In this document: positions 8,866 to 19,270 of the stretch, one piece after another
How the letters are laid out: each line of letters starts with the position of its first letter
How positions within the stretch are numbered: the first letter of the stretch is position 1
NCBI GenBank assembly: GCA_944359935.1
Contig: CALVTD010000003.1
Location: forward strand, 1-48,206
Direction: 5' to 3'
DNA from: an uncultured Clostridia bacterium
GTDB lineage: Bacteria > Bacillota > Clostridia > Christensenellales > UBA1242
DNA: 48,206 bases
Program-made: the position numbers and the translations under genes
Notes under the pieces: generated by a model
Database searches by the model: none
The model's input: the letters and a program-made list of their open reading frames with translations, nothing else
Told to the model about the DNA's origin: nothing

Positions 8866-8878
8866 GGTGAGGTGAATT

Positions 8879-9265
8879 ATGGCTACAAGAATTAGACAAA
8901 AAGCAGAAAAAAGGGCTAAGGAAAAAGATATTCGTCCTTTTGCTAAGGCTAGATACATTAGAATGAGCCCTTCAAAAGTTAGAATTGTGCTTGACCTTAT
9001 TAGAGGCAAGAACGCTAAGGAAGCGGCTGCAATTCTTGCAAACATGCCAAACGCTGCGGCTGAGGCATCTTTAAAAGTTTTAAACAGCGCAATCGCAAAC
9101 GCTGAAAACAACAAAGGTATGAATGGTGACAACCTTTTTGTTGCAGAAGCATATGTTTGCCAGGGCCCAATTCTTAAAAGAATTATGCAAAGAGGCAAAG
9201 GCTCGGCTGACAGAATTTTAAAGAAAACATCGCACATCACTATTGTGCTTGATGAAAAAAGATAG
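8879..9265 (+). CDS. rplV: 50S ribosomal protein L22 (N-terminal extension)
   Basis: RMSPSKVRIVLDLIRGK, SAIANAENN, TSHITIVL. Confidence 0.98.
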   Translation: MATRIRQKAEKRAKEKDIRPFAKARYIRMSPSKVRIVLDLIRGKNAKEAAAILANMPNAAAEASLKVLNSAIANAENNKGMNGDNLFVAEAYVCQGPILKRIMQRGKGSADRILKKTSHITIVLDEKR

Positions 9266-9274
9266 GAGGGCAAA

Positions 9275-9943
9275 ATGGGACAGAAAGTTAATCCAATTGG
9301 ATTCAGGCTTGGTGTAAACAAAGAATGGAACTCAACTTGGTATGCAAAGAAACAAGATTTTGCTCCAAATCTTTTGGAAGACCAAAAAGTTAAAAAGCAC
9401 ATTAAATCAAAATATTATGCTTGTGGAATTTCAAAAATCACCATTGAAAGAACCGAAAACAAACTTGTTATCAACATTTTCACTGCTAAACCTGGCATGA
9501 TTATCGGTTCAAAAGGCACAGGCATTGAAAACATCAAAAAAGAAGTTTCAAAAATTATCAGACCTGTTAAATCTTTAATCATCAATGTTAAAGAAGTTAA
9601 AAAACCAGACCTTGACGCTGTTTTGGTTGCAGAAAGCATCACAGCACAACTTGAAAAGCGTATTCAATGGAGAAGAGCACTTAAAATGGCTTTGCAAAGA
9701 GTTATGAAAGCGGGTGCTAAGGGCTGCAAGGTTCAGGTTAAGGGTGTTATTGACGGCGCAAGTTCTCTTCACAGAACAGAGCATTATATGGAAGGCACAC
9801 TTCCTCTTCACACTCTCAGGGCTGATATTGACTACGGCACTGCCGCTGCTTACACAGATTATGGCAAACTTGGCGTAAAGTGCTGGATTTATAAGGGAGA
9901 TATCCTTCCTGCAAAGTCGTCTGAGAAAGGAGGACAAGAATAA
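9275..9943 (+). CDS. rpsC: 30S ribosomal protein S3
   Basis: [24 protein letters not shown]. Confidence 0.99.
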   Translation: MGQKVNPIGFRLGVNKEWNSTWYAKKQDFAPNLLEDQKVKKHIKSKYYACGISKITIERTENKLVINIFTAKPGMIIGSKGTGIENIKKEVSKIIRPVKSLIINVKEVKKPDLDAVLVAESITAQLEKRIQWRRALKMALQRVMKAGAKGCKVQVKGVIDGASSLHRTEHYMEGTLPLHTLRADIDYGTAAAYTDYGKLGVKCWIYKGDILPAKSSEKGGQE

Positions 9944-10386
9944 TGTTGATGCCAAAGAGAGTTAAAAGAAGAAAGGTTTTTAGAGGCAGAATGAAAGGCA
10001 AAGCAACCCGCGGCAACACCGTTGCTTACGGACAGTTTGGCCTTATGGCATTGGAGCCATGCTGGATTAAATCTAACCAAATTGAAGCAGCCAGAATTGC
10101 TATGACTCGTCATATCAAGCGTGGTGGTAAAGTTTGGATTAAAATTTTCCCAGACAAACCTGTTTCTAAGAAACCTCTTGGAACGCGTATGGGTTCAGGA
10201 AAAGGCGCACCAGAATTTTGGGTTGCAGTTGTTAAACCAGGCAGAATTCTTTTTGAAATTGAAGGTGTTTCGGAAGAACTCGCACGCGAAGCAATTAGAC
10301 TTGCTGGGCACAAACTTCCTTGCAAAACTAAGTTTGTAAAGAAGGAAGAGGCTCCGGTAGAAGGTGGTGAGAAAGATGAAAATTAG
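9943..10386 (+). CDS. rplP: 50S ribosomal protein L16
   Basis: [23 protein letters not shown]. Confidence 0.99.
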   Translation: MLMPKRVKRRKVFRGRMKGKATRGNTVAYGQFGLMALEPCWIKSNQIEAARIAMTRHIKRGGKVWIKIFPDKPVSKKPLGTRMGSGKGAPEFWVAVVKPGRILFEIEGVSEELAREAIRLAGHKLPCKTKFVKKEEAPVEGGEKDEN

Positions 10387-10594
10387 TGAAATCAAATCAT
10401 TAACTCAAACTGAACTTAATGCAAGATTAAAAGAGTTAAACATGGAACTATTCAATCTTCGTTTCTCAAACGCTTCTAGAAATCTTGCAAATCCTGTTCA
10501 AATTAGAAATGTTAAAAGAGAAATAGCAAGAGTCAAAACAGTTATAAGAGAAAAAGAATTGGCTGGCGCAAATGGAGGAAACGATGGAAAATAG
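10376..10594 (+). CDS. rpmC: 50S ribosomal protein L29
   Basis: [20 protein letters not shown]. Confidence 0.97.
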   Translation: MKISEIKSLTQTELNARLKELNMELFNLRFSNASRNLANPVQIRNVKREIARVKTVIREKELAGANGGNDGK

Positions 10595-10844
10595 AAATTC
10601 AAGACTTACAAGAATTGGTCAAGTTGTAAGTGCTGGAAAAATGGATAAAACCATTGTTGTTTCAGTAACTTCAAGAGTTAACCATCCAATTTACAAAAAA
10701 GTCGTTCATAAAACAAAAAAATTCAAAGTTCACGATGAAAAGAACGAGTGTGGAATTGGCGACACCGTGTTAATCATGGAAACCAGACCACTTTCAAAAG
10801 ATAAATATTATCGTCTCGTTAAAATCATCGAGAAAGCAAAGTAG
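10584..10844 (+). CDS. rpsQ: 30S ribosomal protein S17
   Basis: [21 protein letters not shown]. Confidence 0.98.
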   Translation: MENRNSRLTRIGQVVSAGKMDKTIVVSVTSRVNHPIYKKVVHKTKKFKVHDEKNECGIGDTVLIMETRPLSKDKYYRLVKIIEKAK

Positions 10845-10853
10845 GAGGGCAAT

Positions 10854-11222
10854 ATGATTCAACCTCAAACAAGATTAAAAGTTGCCGACAACACCGGCGC
10901 AAAAGAAATCATGTGCATAAGAGTGCTTGGGGGTTCATTTAGAAGAAGTGGCAATATTGGCGACATTATCGTTGCTTCTGTTAAAAAGGCTATCCCTGGT
11001 GGCTCTGTTAAGAAAGGGGACGTTGTTAAAGCAGTTATTGTGCGCTCCTCAAAGGGCCTTCGCAGACCAGACGGCTCTCATATTAGATTTGATGACAATG
11101 CCGCTGTTATCATTGATAATCAAAAACAACCAAAAGGAACACGTGTTTTCGGGCCTATCGCTAGGGAACTTCGTGATAAGGGATATATGAAAATTATTTC
11201 TCTTGCTCCTGAGGTTATTTAA
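10854..11222 (+). CDS. rplN: 50S ribosomal protein L14
   Basis: [16 protein letters not shown]. Confidence 0.99.
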   Translation: MIQPQTRLKVADNTGAKEIMCIRVLGGSFRRSGNIGDIIVASVKKAIPGGSVKKGDVVKAVIVRSSKGLRRPDGSHIRFDDNAAVIIDNQKQPKGTRVFGPIARELRDKGYMKIISLAPEVI

Positions 11223-11233
11223 AGGAGAAAGTC

Positions 11234-11731
11234 ATGAAAATGAACATCAAAAAAGGTGACAATGTTTTAGTTATAACCGGTAAAGAAAAAGGCAAGGTTG
11301 GAAAGGTTATGGAAACCAGCCCTAAAACTGGCAAAATAACAGTTGAAAACATCAACATGGTTACTAAACATAAAAAACCAAGATCTCAACAAGACAAAGG
11401 CGGCATTATTAAAAAAGTTGCTCCTATCGATGCATCAAACGCTATGGTTGTGTGCCCAACTTGTGGAAAAGCAACCAGAGTAAGCCACAAAGAAATTGAT
11501 GGCAAAAAAGTTCGCATCTGCAAAAAATGCGGGGCAAGCCTTGATAAAGAACATGTAAAAACTGTTAAAAAAGAGGCTAAAAAAGCAGAAAAAACAGCAA
11601 AAAAGGCTGAAAATGCTGAAAAAATTCAAAAAACCGATGCTGAGGTTAAAGAAACCAAGGCTGAGGCAACACAAGAAAAAGCAGTTAAAACTGCACCTAA
11701 AAAGTCGAAAACAACCACACAAGGCAAGTAA
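11234..11731 (+). CDS. rplX: 50S ribosomal protein L24 with C-terminal Lys/Ala/Glu-rich extension
   Basis: KOW motif IKKGDNVLVITGKEKGKVG; CPTC..CKKC; low-complexity tail. Confidence 0.97.
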   Translation: MKMNIKKGDNVLVITGKEKGKVGKVMETSPKTGKITVENINMVTKHKKPRSQQDKGGIIKKVAPIDASNAMVVCPTCGKATRVSHKEIDGKKVRICKKCGASLDKEHVKTVKKEAKKAEKTAKKAENAEKIQKTDAEVKETKAEATQEKAVKTAPKKSKTTTQGK

Positions 11732-11743
11732 GAGAGGTTCGTT

Positions 11744-12298
11744 ATGGCAAAGAAAGAACAAAACAGAATGGTTAAACTTTACAGAGAACAGGTTGTTCCA
11801 GCGCTTACCGCTGAATTTGGTTACAAGAATGTTAATGAAGTTCCAAAACTCGTTAAAATTGTTGTCAACGCAGGCCTTGGTGATGTAAAAAGCAACTCAA
11901 AGAGTTTCAACACTGCTCTTGAAGAACTTGCTTTAATCACTGGTCAAAAACCTGTTGCAACCCTTGCTAAAAAATCAATTTCTAACTTCTCTCTTAGAGA
12001 AGGTCAAAAAATTGGCGCAAAGGTTACTCTTAGAGGGGATAAAATGTATGAATTTTTTGACAGACTTATCTCTATCGCTCTGCCAAGAGTGAGGGACTTC
12101 CATGGTGTGCCTGACAAAGCCTTTGATGGCAGAGGAAATTATTCCCTTGGCATTAAGGAACAACTTATCTTCCCTGAAATTTCATACGACAAAATTGAAA
12201 AAGTAAGAGGATTTGATATTGTTTTTGTTACCACTGCAAAAACAAATGCAGAGGGCAAGGCACTGTTAAAGGCACTTGGAATGCCTTTCAGTAAGTAA
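11744..12298 (+). CDS. rplE: 50S ribosomal protein L5
   Basis: ITGQKPV, LPRVRDF, FDGRGNY. Confidence 0.99.
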   Translation: MAKKEQNRMVKLYREQVVPALTAEFGYKNVNEVPKLVKIVVNAGLGDVKSNSKSFNTALEELALITGQKPVATLAKKSISNFSLREGQKIGAKVTLRGDKMYEFFDRLISIALPRVRDFHGVPDKAFDGRGNYSLGIKEQLIFPEISYDKIEKVRGFDIVFVTTAKTNAEGKALLKALGMPFSK

Positions 12299-12308
12299 GA
12301 GGTGAAGT

Positions 12309-12494
12309 ATGGCAAAGAAAGCACTTATTCAAAAACAACAAAAACCAGCAAAATATAAAACCAGAGAATACACTCGTTGCAGTTTGTGTGGCAGACCTCA
12401 TGCAGTGCTTAAAAAATATGGCATTTGCAGAGTTTGTTTTAGAGAACTTGCAAACAAAGGTGAAATCCCTGGCGTTAAAAAGGCTAGTTGGTAA
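12309..12494 (+). CDS. rpsN: 30S ribosomal protein S14 (Zn-binding type Z)
   Basis: RCSLCGRP...[13 protein letters not shown]. Confidence 0.98.
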   Translation: MAKKALIQKQQKPAKYKTREYTRCSLCGRPHAVLKKYGICRVCFRELANKGEIPGVKKASW

Positions 12495-12505
12495 GGAGGA
12501 GAAAG

Positions 12506-12907
12506 ATGTTATTGACAACAGATTCAATCGCAGACATGCTTACAAGAATCAGGAATGCGCTTAAAGTTAAGCACGCTGATGTTGTGGTTCCTGCGTCAAA
12601 AGAAAAAACAGAAATAGCAAAAATTCTCCTTGAAGAGGGTTACATCAATGCTTTTGAAATTAAAAGCAATGGAAAATACAACGACATCATCATCACCTTG
12701 AAATATGATGATGAAGGCCAAAGTGTTATTCAAGGCTTGAAAAGAATTTCAAAGCCAGGCCTTAGAGTTTATGCTCAGGCTGACAAAATCCCATATGTTA
12801 TCAGTGGTCTTGGAATTGCAATAATCTCAACAAATAAGGGCATCGTTACTGACAAAGTTGCAAGAAAACTTAATGTCGGCGGCGAAGTGCTTGCATTTGT
12901 TTGGTAA
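12506..12907 (+). CDS. rpsH: 30S ribosomal protein S8
   Basis: [32 protein letters not shown]. Confidence 0.99.
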   Translation: MLLTTDSIADMLTRIRNALKVKHADVVVPASKEKTEIAKILLEEGYINAFEIKSNGKYNDIIITLKYDDEGQSVIQGLKRISKPGLRVYAQADKIPYVISGLGIAIISTNKGIVTDKVARKLNVGGEVLAFVW

Positions 12908-12917
12908 GGAGGGCAAA

Positions 12918-13466
12918 ATGTCAAGAATTGGAAATAAACACATTTTAATCCCACAAGGAGTTACTGTAACATATGCAGACGGAGTTATAACTGTTAGTGG
13001 CAGCAAAGGCACATTAACTCAGGTTATTGACAAAGTTATCACTCCAAAGATTGAAAACAATCAAATTACATTCGTAAAAAATAACGCTGAACAAGAAACC
13101 GATGCTAAACAAGGGCTTTACAGAGCGCTTGTTGCAAACATGGTTAAAGGCGTTAGTGAAGGTTTTGAGAAAACAGTTGTCATCAACGGTGTAGGTTACA
13201 AAGCACAAGTTAATGGCAAGAAAATTGTTTTGAATGTTGGATTTTCACATCCAGTTGAAATTGAAATTCCTCAGGACCTTAACGCAGTTTGTCCATCAAT
13301 AACTGAAATTAAAATCACAGGAATTGACAAGCAAAGAGTTGGACAATTTGCATCAAATATTCGCGACATCAGGCCTGTTGAGCCATATCACGCATATGGA
13401 ATTAGATACAGCGATGAAGTCGTTATAAGAAAAGTCGGAAAAGCCGCAGGTAAAGGCAAGAAATAG
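12918..13466 (+). CDS. rplF: 50S ribosomal protein L6
   Basis: MSRIGNK, GVGYKA, GFSHPV, RPVEPY. Confidence 0.99.
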   Translation: MSRIGNKHILIPQGVTVTYADGVITVSGSKGTLTQVIDKVITPKIENNQITFVKNNAEQETDAKQGLYRALVANMVKGVSEGFEKTVVINGVGYKAQVNGKKIVLNVGFSHPVEIEIPQDLNAVCPSITEIKITGIDKQRVGQFASNIRDIRPVEPYHAYGIRYSDEVVIRKVGKAAGKGKK

Positions 13467-13477
13467 GGGGAAGGGCA

Positions 13478-13846
13478 ATGATTAACGTAAAAGATAAAAA
13501 CAGCGAAAGAAAAGTTCGTCATGCAAGAGTTAGAAAAAACCTTTCTGGCACAAGTGCAAAACCAAGACTTTGTGTTTACAGGTCTTTAAACAAAATCTAT
13601 GCTCAAATTATTGATGACGAGCGCAGAGTTACACTTGTAAGCGCTTCTTCTCTTGATAAAGAACTTGCTCCTACTCTTGCTGGTAAAACCAAAACCGAGC
13701 AGGCTAAAATGGTTGGCGAAGCAATTGCTAAGCGCGCTAAAAAAGTAAAAATCACCGAAGTTGTTTTCGACAGAGGTGGCTACATCTACACAGGCAGAGT
13801 TGCAGCACTTGCTGAGGGCGCTAGAAGCGCTGGCTTGAAATTTTAG
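13478..13846 (+). CDS. rplR: 50S ribosomal protein L18
   Basis: [22 protein letters not shown]. Confidence 0.99.
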   Translation: MINVKDKNSERKVRHARVRKNLSGTSAKPRLCVYRSLNKIYAQIIDDERRVTLVSASSLDKELAPTLAGKTKTEQAKMVGEAIAKRAKKVKITEVVFDRGGYIYTGRVAALAEGARSAGLKF

Positions 13847-13857
13847 GAGGAAGGGAA

Positions 13858-14400
13858 ATGGAAGAAGTTAAAAAAGACAAAAAATTTGAACCAAAATCCA
13901 GAGAAAACCGCCGTAGCCCAAGAGACGATGGAGGGTTTGAAAACAAACTCGTAACCGTTAGAAGAGTTACAAAGGTTGTCAAAGGTGGAAGAACACTTCG
14001 TTTCTCTGCTCTGGTTGTTGTTGGTGATGGCAAAAACAGCGTGGGAATTGGTGTTGGAAAAGCAGCCGAAGTTCCTGCTGCAATTGATAAAGCCGTTGCT
14101 GCGGCAAAGAAAAATATGCATTTAATTCGTGTTGTTGATGGCACAATCCCTCATGAAGTTGTTGGAAAGTTTGGTTCTTCAAACATCATCATGCTTCCTG
14201 CTAAACAGGGTACTGGTGTAATCGCTGGTGGCTCTGCTCGTGCCGTTTTGGAACTTGCTGGAATTAAAGATATTGTTACTAAAATTCACGGCTCAACCAA
14301 CAAAATCAACGCGGTTAAAGCAACTATGAACGGGCTGATTGCTCTTCGCACTCGTGAAGAAATCGCCGCTCGTCGTGGTAAAAACCCAGAGGAAATTTAG
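13858..14400 (+). CDS. rpsE: 30S ribosomal protein S5
   Basis: RVTKVVKGGR, GTGVIAGG. Confidence 0.99.
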   Translation: MEEVKKDKKFEPKSRENRRSPRDDGGFENKLVTVRRVTKVVKGGRTLRFSALVVVGDGKNSVGIGVGKAAEVPAAIDKAVAAAKKNMHLIRVVDGTIPHEVVGKFGSSNIIMLPAKQGTGVIAGGSARAVLELAGIKDIVTKIHGSTNKINAVKATMNGLIALRTREEIAARRGKNPEEI

Positions 14401-14409
14401 GAGGGCGCT

Positions 14410-14595
14410 ATGGCAGATAAAACTATAAAAGTAACTTGGGTTAAGTCCACAATTGGATATAACAAAAAACAAGCAAAAATAGTCGAAGCATTGGGCTTTA
14501 AAAAACTTGGTCAAACAAGGGTTTTGCCTGACAATGCAAGCATTAGAGGAAGCATCTTCCATGTTAAGCACTTGCTTAAAGTGGAAGAGGAGTAG
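14410..14595 (+). CDS. rpmD: 50S ribosomal protein L30
   Basis: KSTIG, ALG, IRG..VKHLLKVEE; position between rpsE and rplO. Confidence 0.97.
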   Translation: MADKTIKVTWVKSTIGYNKKQAKIVEALGFKKLGQTRVLPDNASIRGSIFHVKHLLKVEEE

Positions 14596-14604
14596 GAGGA
14601 TATT

Positions 14605-15051
14605 ATGCAGATAGGAGATCTTAAACCTGCACAGGGCGCGACCACTAAAAAGGTGAGAGTTGGTCGTGGCATCGGCAGTGGCATTGGCAAAACAAGTGGC
14701 AGAGGCCACAAAGGTCAAAATGCCAGAAGTGGTGGAGGAGTTAAGGCTGGATTTGAAGGCGGAAATATTCCTCTTATTCGCAAAATCCCAATCAGGGGCT
14801 TCAACAACAAAGACTTCAAGAAAGTTTACTCAACAATCAATGTTGGCGAGTTAGACGTGCTTGACGCAAACACAGAAGTTGACATCAACTTCCTTTATGA
14901 AAACAGATTCATTGGCAAAATTCAGCCATATGGATTAAAAATTCTTGGAAATGGGGAACTTACAAAGCCTCTTATTATCAAGGCTAAAAAAGTTACCGCT
15001 GCTGCAAAAGAGAAAATCGAAAAGGTTGGCGGAAAAATTATTGAGGAGTAA
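14605..15051 (+). CDS. rplO: 50S ribosomal protein L15
   Basis: RVGRGIGSGIGKTSGRGHKGQNARSG. Confidence 0.99.
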   Translation: MQIGDLKPAQGATTKKVRVGRGIGSGIGKTSGRGHKGQNARSGGGVKAGFEGGNIPLIRKIPIRGFNNKDFKKVYSTINVGELDVLDANTEVDINFLYENRFIGKIQPYGLKILGNGELTKPLIIKAKKVTAAAKEKIEKVGGKIIEE

Positions 15052-15054
15052 GGT

Positions 15055-16362
15055 ATGTTTAAAACCCTTTATAACGCTTTCAAGATAAAAGATGTTAGAA
15101 GAAAGTTACTTTTAACCCTTCTTCTTCTTTTCATATATAGGCTTGGATGTTGGCTTCCTATTCCAGGTTTTGACATCAGTGCCATTTTAGAGCAAGATAA
15201 CAATCTTTCCAGCGGAACAAGCATTTTCGGCTTAATGAACATGCTTAGCGGAAATGCGCTGCAAAATTGTTCGGTGCTGGCGCTTGGCGTTTCGCCGTAT
15301 ATCACGGCAAGCATTGTAATTCAACTTTTAACAGTTGCAATTCCTGCTCTTGAAAGGCTTTCAAAACAAGGCGAAGATGGCAGAAGAAAAATCAATCTTT
15401 ACACCAGAATTGCCGCGCTTGTGCTTTCAATCGCGCAGGCAGTTGGCATTGTTGTGGCATACAGCGACGGGCTTGATGTAGGCAACGCTCTGTGGGCTGG
15501 CGCACCAACATGGCTTATTGGCATGGGTGTTGTGATTATTCTTGTGGCAGGCGGCATGTTCACAGTATGGATTGGTGAAAGAATCACTGATTTGGGCGTT
15601 GGAAACGGCATGAGTTTGTTGATTTTCGTGGGAATTCTTTCTTCAAGCATGAGTTCAATTGCTCAGGGAATTGCTCTTGCAACGGAAGACATCACCGTGG
15701 TTTGGACAATCGTGCTTTACATTGTTGCAGTTGTTTTAATTTTCGGTTTGATTGTTTTTGTGGATAGCGCAGAAAGAAAAGTGCCAATTCAATATGCAAA
15801 ACAAATCAAAGGCAGAAAGATGTATGGCGGGCAGAGCACATTCATTCCAATTAAGGTGAATGGCTCGGGCGTTATTCCAATCATCTTTGCAAGTGCACTT
15901 TTAACTTTCCCACAACTGATTATTTCAATCTTCGCACCAGAGTCAACTTGGTATCAACAATGGCTGGGAACAAACTCTTGGCTTTATATCGTTCTGCTTG
16001 CACTTTTAATTTTGGCATTCTCGTTCTTCTATGCTCAAATCACATTCAACCCAGAGGATGTAAGCAAGCGAATTCAACAGCAAGGTGGCTTCATCCCTGG
16101 CATAAGGGCTGGAAAGCCAACGGCAGAATATTTAAAGAAAATTTCAAGAAGAATCACGCTTTTCGGTGCTATATTCTTGGCGCTGATTGCTCTTATTCCA
16201 TCACTGGCATTTAAGGCAATAGGTGATTCCATAAGTTGGGGAGTGCTGATTAACGCATTCAGTGCAACTGGGCTTATGATTCTTGTTAGCGTGGCGCTTG
16301 AATTTGACAAGCAACTTGAAGCGCAAATGCTTATGAGAAACTATAAAGGTTTCTTAAACTAA
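15055..16362 (+). CDS. secY: Preprotein translocase subunit SecY
   Basis: LGVSPYITASI, GVIPIIFA, GGFIPGIRAG; multiple TM helices. Confidence 0.99.
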   Translation: MFKTLYNAFKIKDVRRKLLLTLLLLFIYRLGCWLPIPGFDISAILEQDNNLSSGTSIFGLMNMLSGNALQNCSVLALGVSPYITASIVIQLLTVAIPALERLSKQGEDGRRKINLYTRIAALVLSIAQAVGIVVAYSDGLDVGNALWAGAPTWLIGMGVVIILVAGGMFTVWIGERITDLGVGNGMSLLIFVGILSSSMSSIAQGIALATEDITVVWTIVLYIVAVVLIFGLIVFVDSAERKVPIQYAKQIKGRKMYGGQSTFIPIKVNGSGVIPIIFASALLTFPQLIISIFAPESTWYQQWLGTNSWLYIVLLALLILAFSFFYAQITFNPEDVSKRIQQQGGFIPGIRAGKPTAEYLKKISRRITLFGAIFLALIALIPSLAFKAIGDSISWGVLINAFSATGLMILVSVALEFDKQLEAQMLMRNYKGFLN

Positions 16363-16455
16363 GGCTATTTCAATGGGAGGGGTTCCCTCCCGTTGTGAGC
16401 AATAGTGAAAGCAATTTCACAAAAACACGGGCAACGCCTAAAAAAGGAGAAAATC

Positions 16456-17088
16456 ATGAAATTAGTGCTTTTAGGGGCAGCAGGCAGTGGCAAAGGCACA
16501 CTCGCAAAAAAAATCACCAGAGATTTTGGCATTCCACAAATATCAACTGGCGACCTTTTTAGAGAGATTGTGAAAACTGGCTCAACCTTAGGAGAACTTG
16601 TGAAAGGTTATCTCGACAAAGGCGCACTTGTTCCAAATGAAGTGACTTTTGACGTTCTTAAAAACAGAATTTCACAACCAGACTGCAAAAAAGGGTTTAT
16701 TTTGGACGGCTTCCCACGTTCATTAGACCAAGCCAAAATGCTTAGTCAAGTAACCGATATTGATGCAGTAATCAGTGTGGAACTTGGGTTTGAGGAACTT
16801 GAAAAAAGGCTTGTTTCAAGAAGAACTTGCCCAAAATGTGGCGACATTGACAATGCAAATTATGAAGGTTTCACCGGATATTGCAGAAAATGTGGCACAA
16901 AACTGTTTCAGCGTGATGACGATAAACCTGAGGCAATAAAGGCTCGTCTGGAAGTTTATAAAAACAACATAACACCACTTATAAACTTCTACGGTGATAA
17001 GGTGTTTACTGTTTCAAGTGCAGGTTCGCCTGACGAAACATACGCACCAGTAAAAACTTTTTTGGTTAAATTGGAGGCAAAAATTTGA
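16456..17088 (+). CDS. adk: Adenylate kinase
   Basis: LLGAAGSGKGT, ILDGFPR, Zn lid CPKC..CRKC; RBS AAGGAG. Confidence 0.98.
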   Translation: MKLVLLGAAGSGKGTLAKKITRDFGIPQISTGDLFREIVKTGSTLGELVKGYLDKGALVPNEVTFDVLKNRISQPDCKKGFILDGFPRSLDQAKMLSQVTDIDAVISVELGFEELEKRLVSRRTCPKCGDIDNANYEGFTGYCRKCGTKLFQRDDDKPEAIKARLEVYKNNITPLINFYGDKVFTVSSAGSPDETYAPVKTFLVKLEAKI

Positions 17089-17828
17089 ACCATTTAACGC
17101 CAGCAGAAATTGTTTTAATGAAAAAGGCAGGGGCTTTAACCAGAGATGCCCTTAATTATGCTGAAACGCTTATAAAACCAGGCGTTTCAACATTAGAACT
17201 TGACAACTGCGTAAAAAAGTTTATAATAAATAGTGGTGGTCAGCCGTCTTTTTTGGGCTATGAGGGTTTTCCGGGAAGCATCTGTGCTTCCGTCAACGAA
17301 ATGGTTGTGCACGGAATTCCATCAGCAGACATTATTTTAAAAGAGGGCGACATAATCAGCATTGATGTTGGGGTTATTTATAAAGGCTACAATGGCGATG
17401 CTGCAAGAACCTTTCCTGTGGGAAAAATTTCTCCTGAGAAGGCTAGGCTTATTGAAGTTACTAAACAAAGTTTCTTTGAGGGCATTAAAGAGTTGAAAGT
17501 GGGAGAAAGACTTGGCAAGGTTTCGCACGCCATACAAACCTATGCTGAAAAGCATGGTTACAGCGTGGTGCGTGAACTTGTTGGGCATGGCATCGGCAGA
17601 AAAATGCACGAGCCGCCAAACATTCCAAACTATGGCAAGCCAACTGATGGGCCGATTGTTACTGACGGGGCATGCCTGGCGATTGAGCCTATGATTAACA
17701 TGGGCAAAAAAGAGATTGCAATGCTTAGGGATGGATGGGGCATCGTCACACGAGACCATATGCCATCCGCCCACTATGAAAACACTGTTTTTGTTACCAA
17801 AGATGGTGTGGAAATTCTAACTTTGTAG
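17085..17828 (+). CDS. map: Methionine aminopeptidase type I
   Basis: VVHGIP, GDAARTF, GHGIG, AIEPM, SAHYE; TTG start. Confidence 0.98.
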   Translation: MNHLTPAEIVLMKKAGALTRDALNYAETLIKPGVSTLELDNCVKKFIINSGGQPSFLGYEGFPGSICASVNEMVVHGIPSADIILKEGDIISIDVGVIYKGYNGDAARTFPVGKISPEKARLIEVTKQSFFEGIKELKVGERLGKVSHAIQTYAEKHGYSVVRELVGHGIGRKMHEPPNIPNYGKPTDGPIVTDGACLAIEPMINMGKKEIAMLRDGWGIVTRDHMPSAHYENTVFVTKDGVEILTL

Positions 17829-17835
17829 GTGAAAC

Positions 17836-18102
17836 ATGCAAGTTGGAGATATTGTTGTTGCAACAAAGGGAAAGGAAAAAAATGACATCTTTGTGGTTGT
17901 AAAAATTGAAGGTGGCTTTGCTTACATTGCAAATGGAAAACGCGTTTCGGTTTTTAAACCAAAAAAGAAAAATGAGAAACACATTCAAAAAGTTTCAAAA
18001 CAAAGATTTTTGCTTAGCGATGAAAAGGATATTAAAGTCGATGCCGCTGTGCGAAAATATCTAAAAACCCAAAAGGAGAGGATATGTCAAAAGAAGATGT
18101 AA
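17836..18102 (+). CDS. KOW-domain RNA-binding protein (L14e-like)
   Basis: [27 protein letters not shown]; typical position between map and infA. Confidence 0.8.
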   Translation: MQVGDIVVATKGKEKNDIFVVVKIEGGFAYIANGKRVSVFKPKKKNEKHIQKVSKQRFLLSDEKDIKVDAAVRKYLKTQKERICQKKM

Positions 18103-18305
18103 TTGAATTTGAAGGTGTGGTGGAGGAATTATTGCCTAATTCCACATTTAAAGTTCGCCTCATCAACGGGCATGTCATTATCGCTTACATCTCTGGCAAA
18201 CTTAGGGTGCACTGCATCAGGGTTGTGGAAGGAGATAAAGTAAAAGTCGAAATGAGCCCTTACGACCTTACAAAAGGCCGAATTACATGGCGAGACAAGG
18301 GCTAA
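18084..18305 (+). CDS. infA: Translation initiation factor IF-1
   Basis: [24 protein letters not shown]. Confidence 0.99.
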   Translation: MSKEDVIEFEGVVEELLPNSTFKVRLINGHVIIAYISGKLRVHCIRVVEGDKVKVEMSPYDLTKGRITWRDKG

Positions 18306-18318
18306 GAAGGAGTAAATT

Positions 18319-18435
18319 ATGAAAGTAAGAGCATCCGTTAAACCTATTTGCGATAAATGCAAGGTTATTAAAAGAGACGGGAAAGTTATGGTTATTTGCC
18401 CAAAAAGTGCTAAGCACAAACAAACTCAGGGCTAA
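18319..18435 (+). CDS. rpmJ: 50S ribosomal protein L36
   Basis: Manual translation [38 protein letters not shown]; not in the ORF track. Confidence 0.98.
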   Translation: MKVRASVKPICDKCKVIKRDGKVMVICPKSAKHKQTQG

Positions 18436-18453
18436 AATTAAGGAGATAAAAAT

Positions 18454-18831
18454 ATGGCAAGAATTGCAGGTGTAGACCTTCCAAGAGAAAAAAGATTAGA
18501 GATAGGACTTACCTATATCTATGGTATCGGCCAAGTTACAGCCGGTAAAATTTGTGCTGAAACAAAAATCAGCCCAGATATTAGAGTTAAAGATTTGACT
18601 GATGACCAAATCGCTAAACTTCGTTCTTACATCGAACACAACGTAACCGTTGAAGGAGACCTTAGAAAAAAAGTTAGCCTTGACATTAAAAAATTAAATG
18701 AAATGGGCTGCTATCGTGGCATTCGTCACCGCAAAGGGCTTCCTGTTCGTGGACAAAACACACGTAACAATTGCAGAACAAGAAAAGGACCAAGAAGGGC
18801 TGTTGCTGGCTCATCTAAGAAGGGTAAATAA
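18454..18831 (+). CDS. rpsM: 30S ribosomal protein S13
   Basis: [25 protein letters not shown]. Confidence 0.99.
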   Translation: MARIAGVDLPREKRLEIGLTYIYGIGQVTAGKICAETKISPDIRVKDLTDDQIAKLRSYIEHNVTVEGDLRKKVSLDIKKLNEMGCYRGIRHRKGLPVRGQNTRNNCRTRKGPRRAVAGSSKKGK

Positions 18832-18842
18832 GGAGATAAACA

Positions 18843-19256
18843 ATGGCAACAAAAACTAACACAAAAAATAAAAAAACAACAACCAGAGTTAGAAAGAGAG
18901 TTTCTAAAAACATTTCTAATGGACAAGTTCACATTAAAACCTCTTTCAACAACACCATTGTAACCTTCTCGGATGCAGAGGGCAATGTTATTTCATGGTG
19001 CAGTTCTGGTAAACTTGGGCTTAAAGGCTCAAAGAAAAGCACACCTTTTGCTGCTCAAACATGCGTTGAAGAGGCTGCAAAGGTGGCAAAAGAACATGGC
19101 CTCAACTCTGTTGAAGTATATGTTAAAGGCCCAGGCAGCGGAAGAGAGGCTGCAATCAGGGCTCTTCAAAATTGTGAACTCAATGTAACTCTTATCAAGG
19201 ATGTTTCTCCAATCGCACACAATGGATGCAGACCTCCTAAGGTTAGAAGAGTTTAA
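18843..19256 (+). CDS. rpsK: 30S ribosomal protein S11
   Basis: [24 protein letters not shown]. Confidence 0.99.
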   Translation: MATKTNTKNKKTTTRVRKRVSKNISNGQVHIKTSFNNTIVTFSDAEGNVISWCSSGKLGLKGSKKSTPFAAQTCVEEAAKVAKEHGLNSVEVYVKGPGSGREAAIRALQNCELNVTLIKDVSPIAHNGCRPPKVRRV

Positions 19257-19270
19257 AAGGAGAAAAACTT

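Noticed and set aside
8689-9402. 237-aa minus-strand ORF and similar antisense ORFs across the ribosomal cluster, dnaE and ppdK
   Set aside because: Shadow frames of highly biased conserved genes.
16364-16408. Hairpin between secY and adk as a novel RNA
   Set aside because: Single stem-loop without a T-tract or a second copy; most simply an mRNA processing/stability element.
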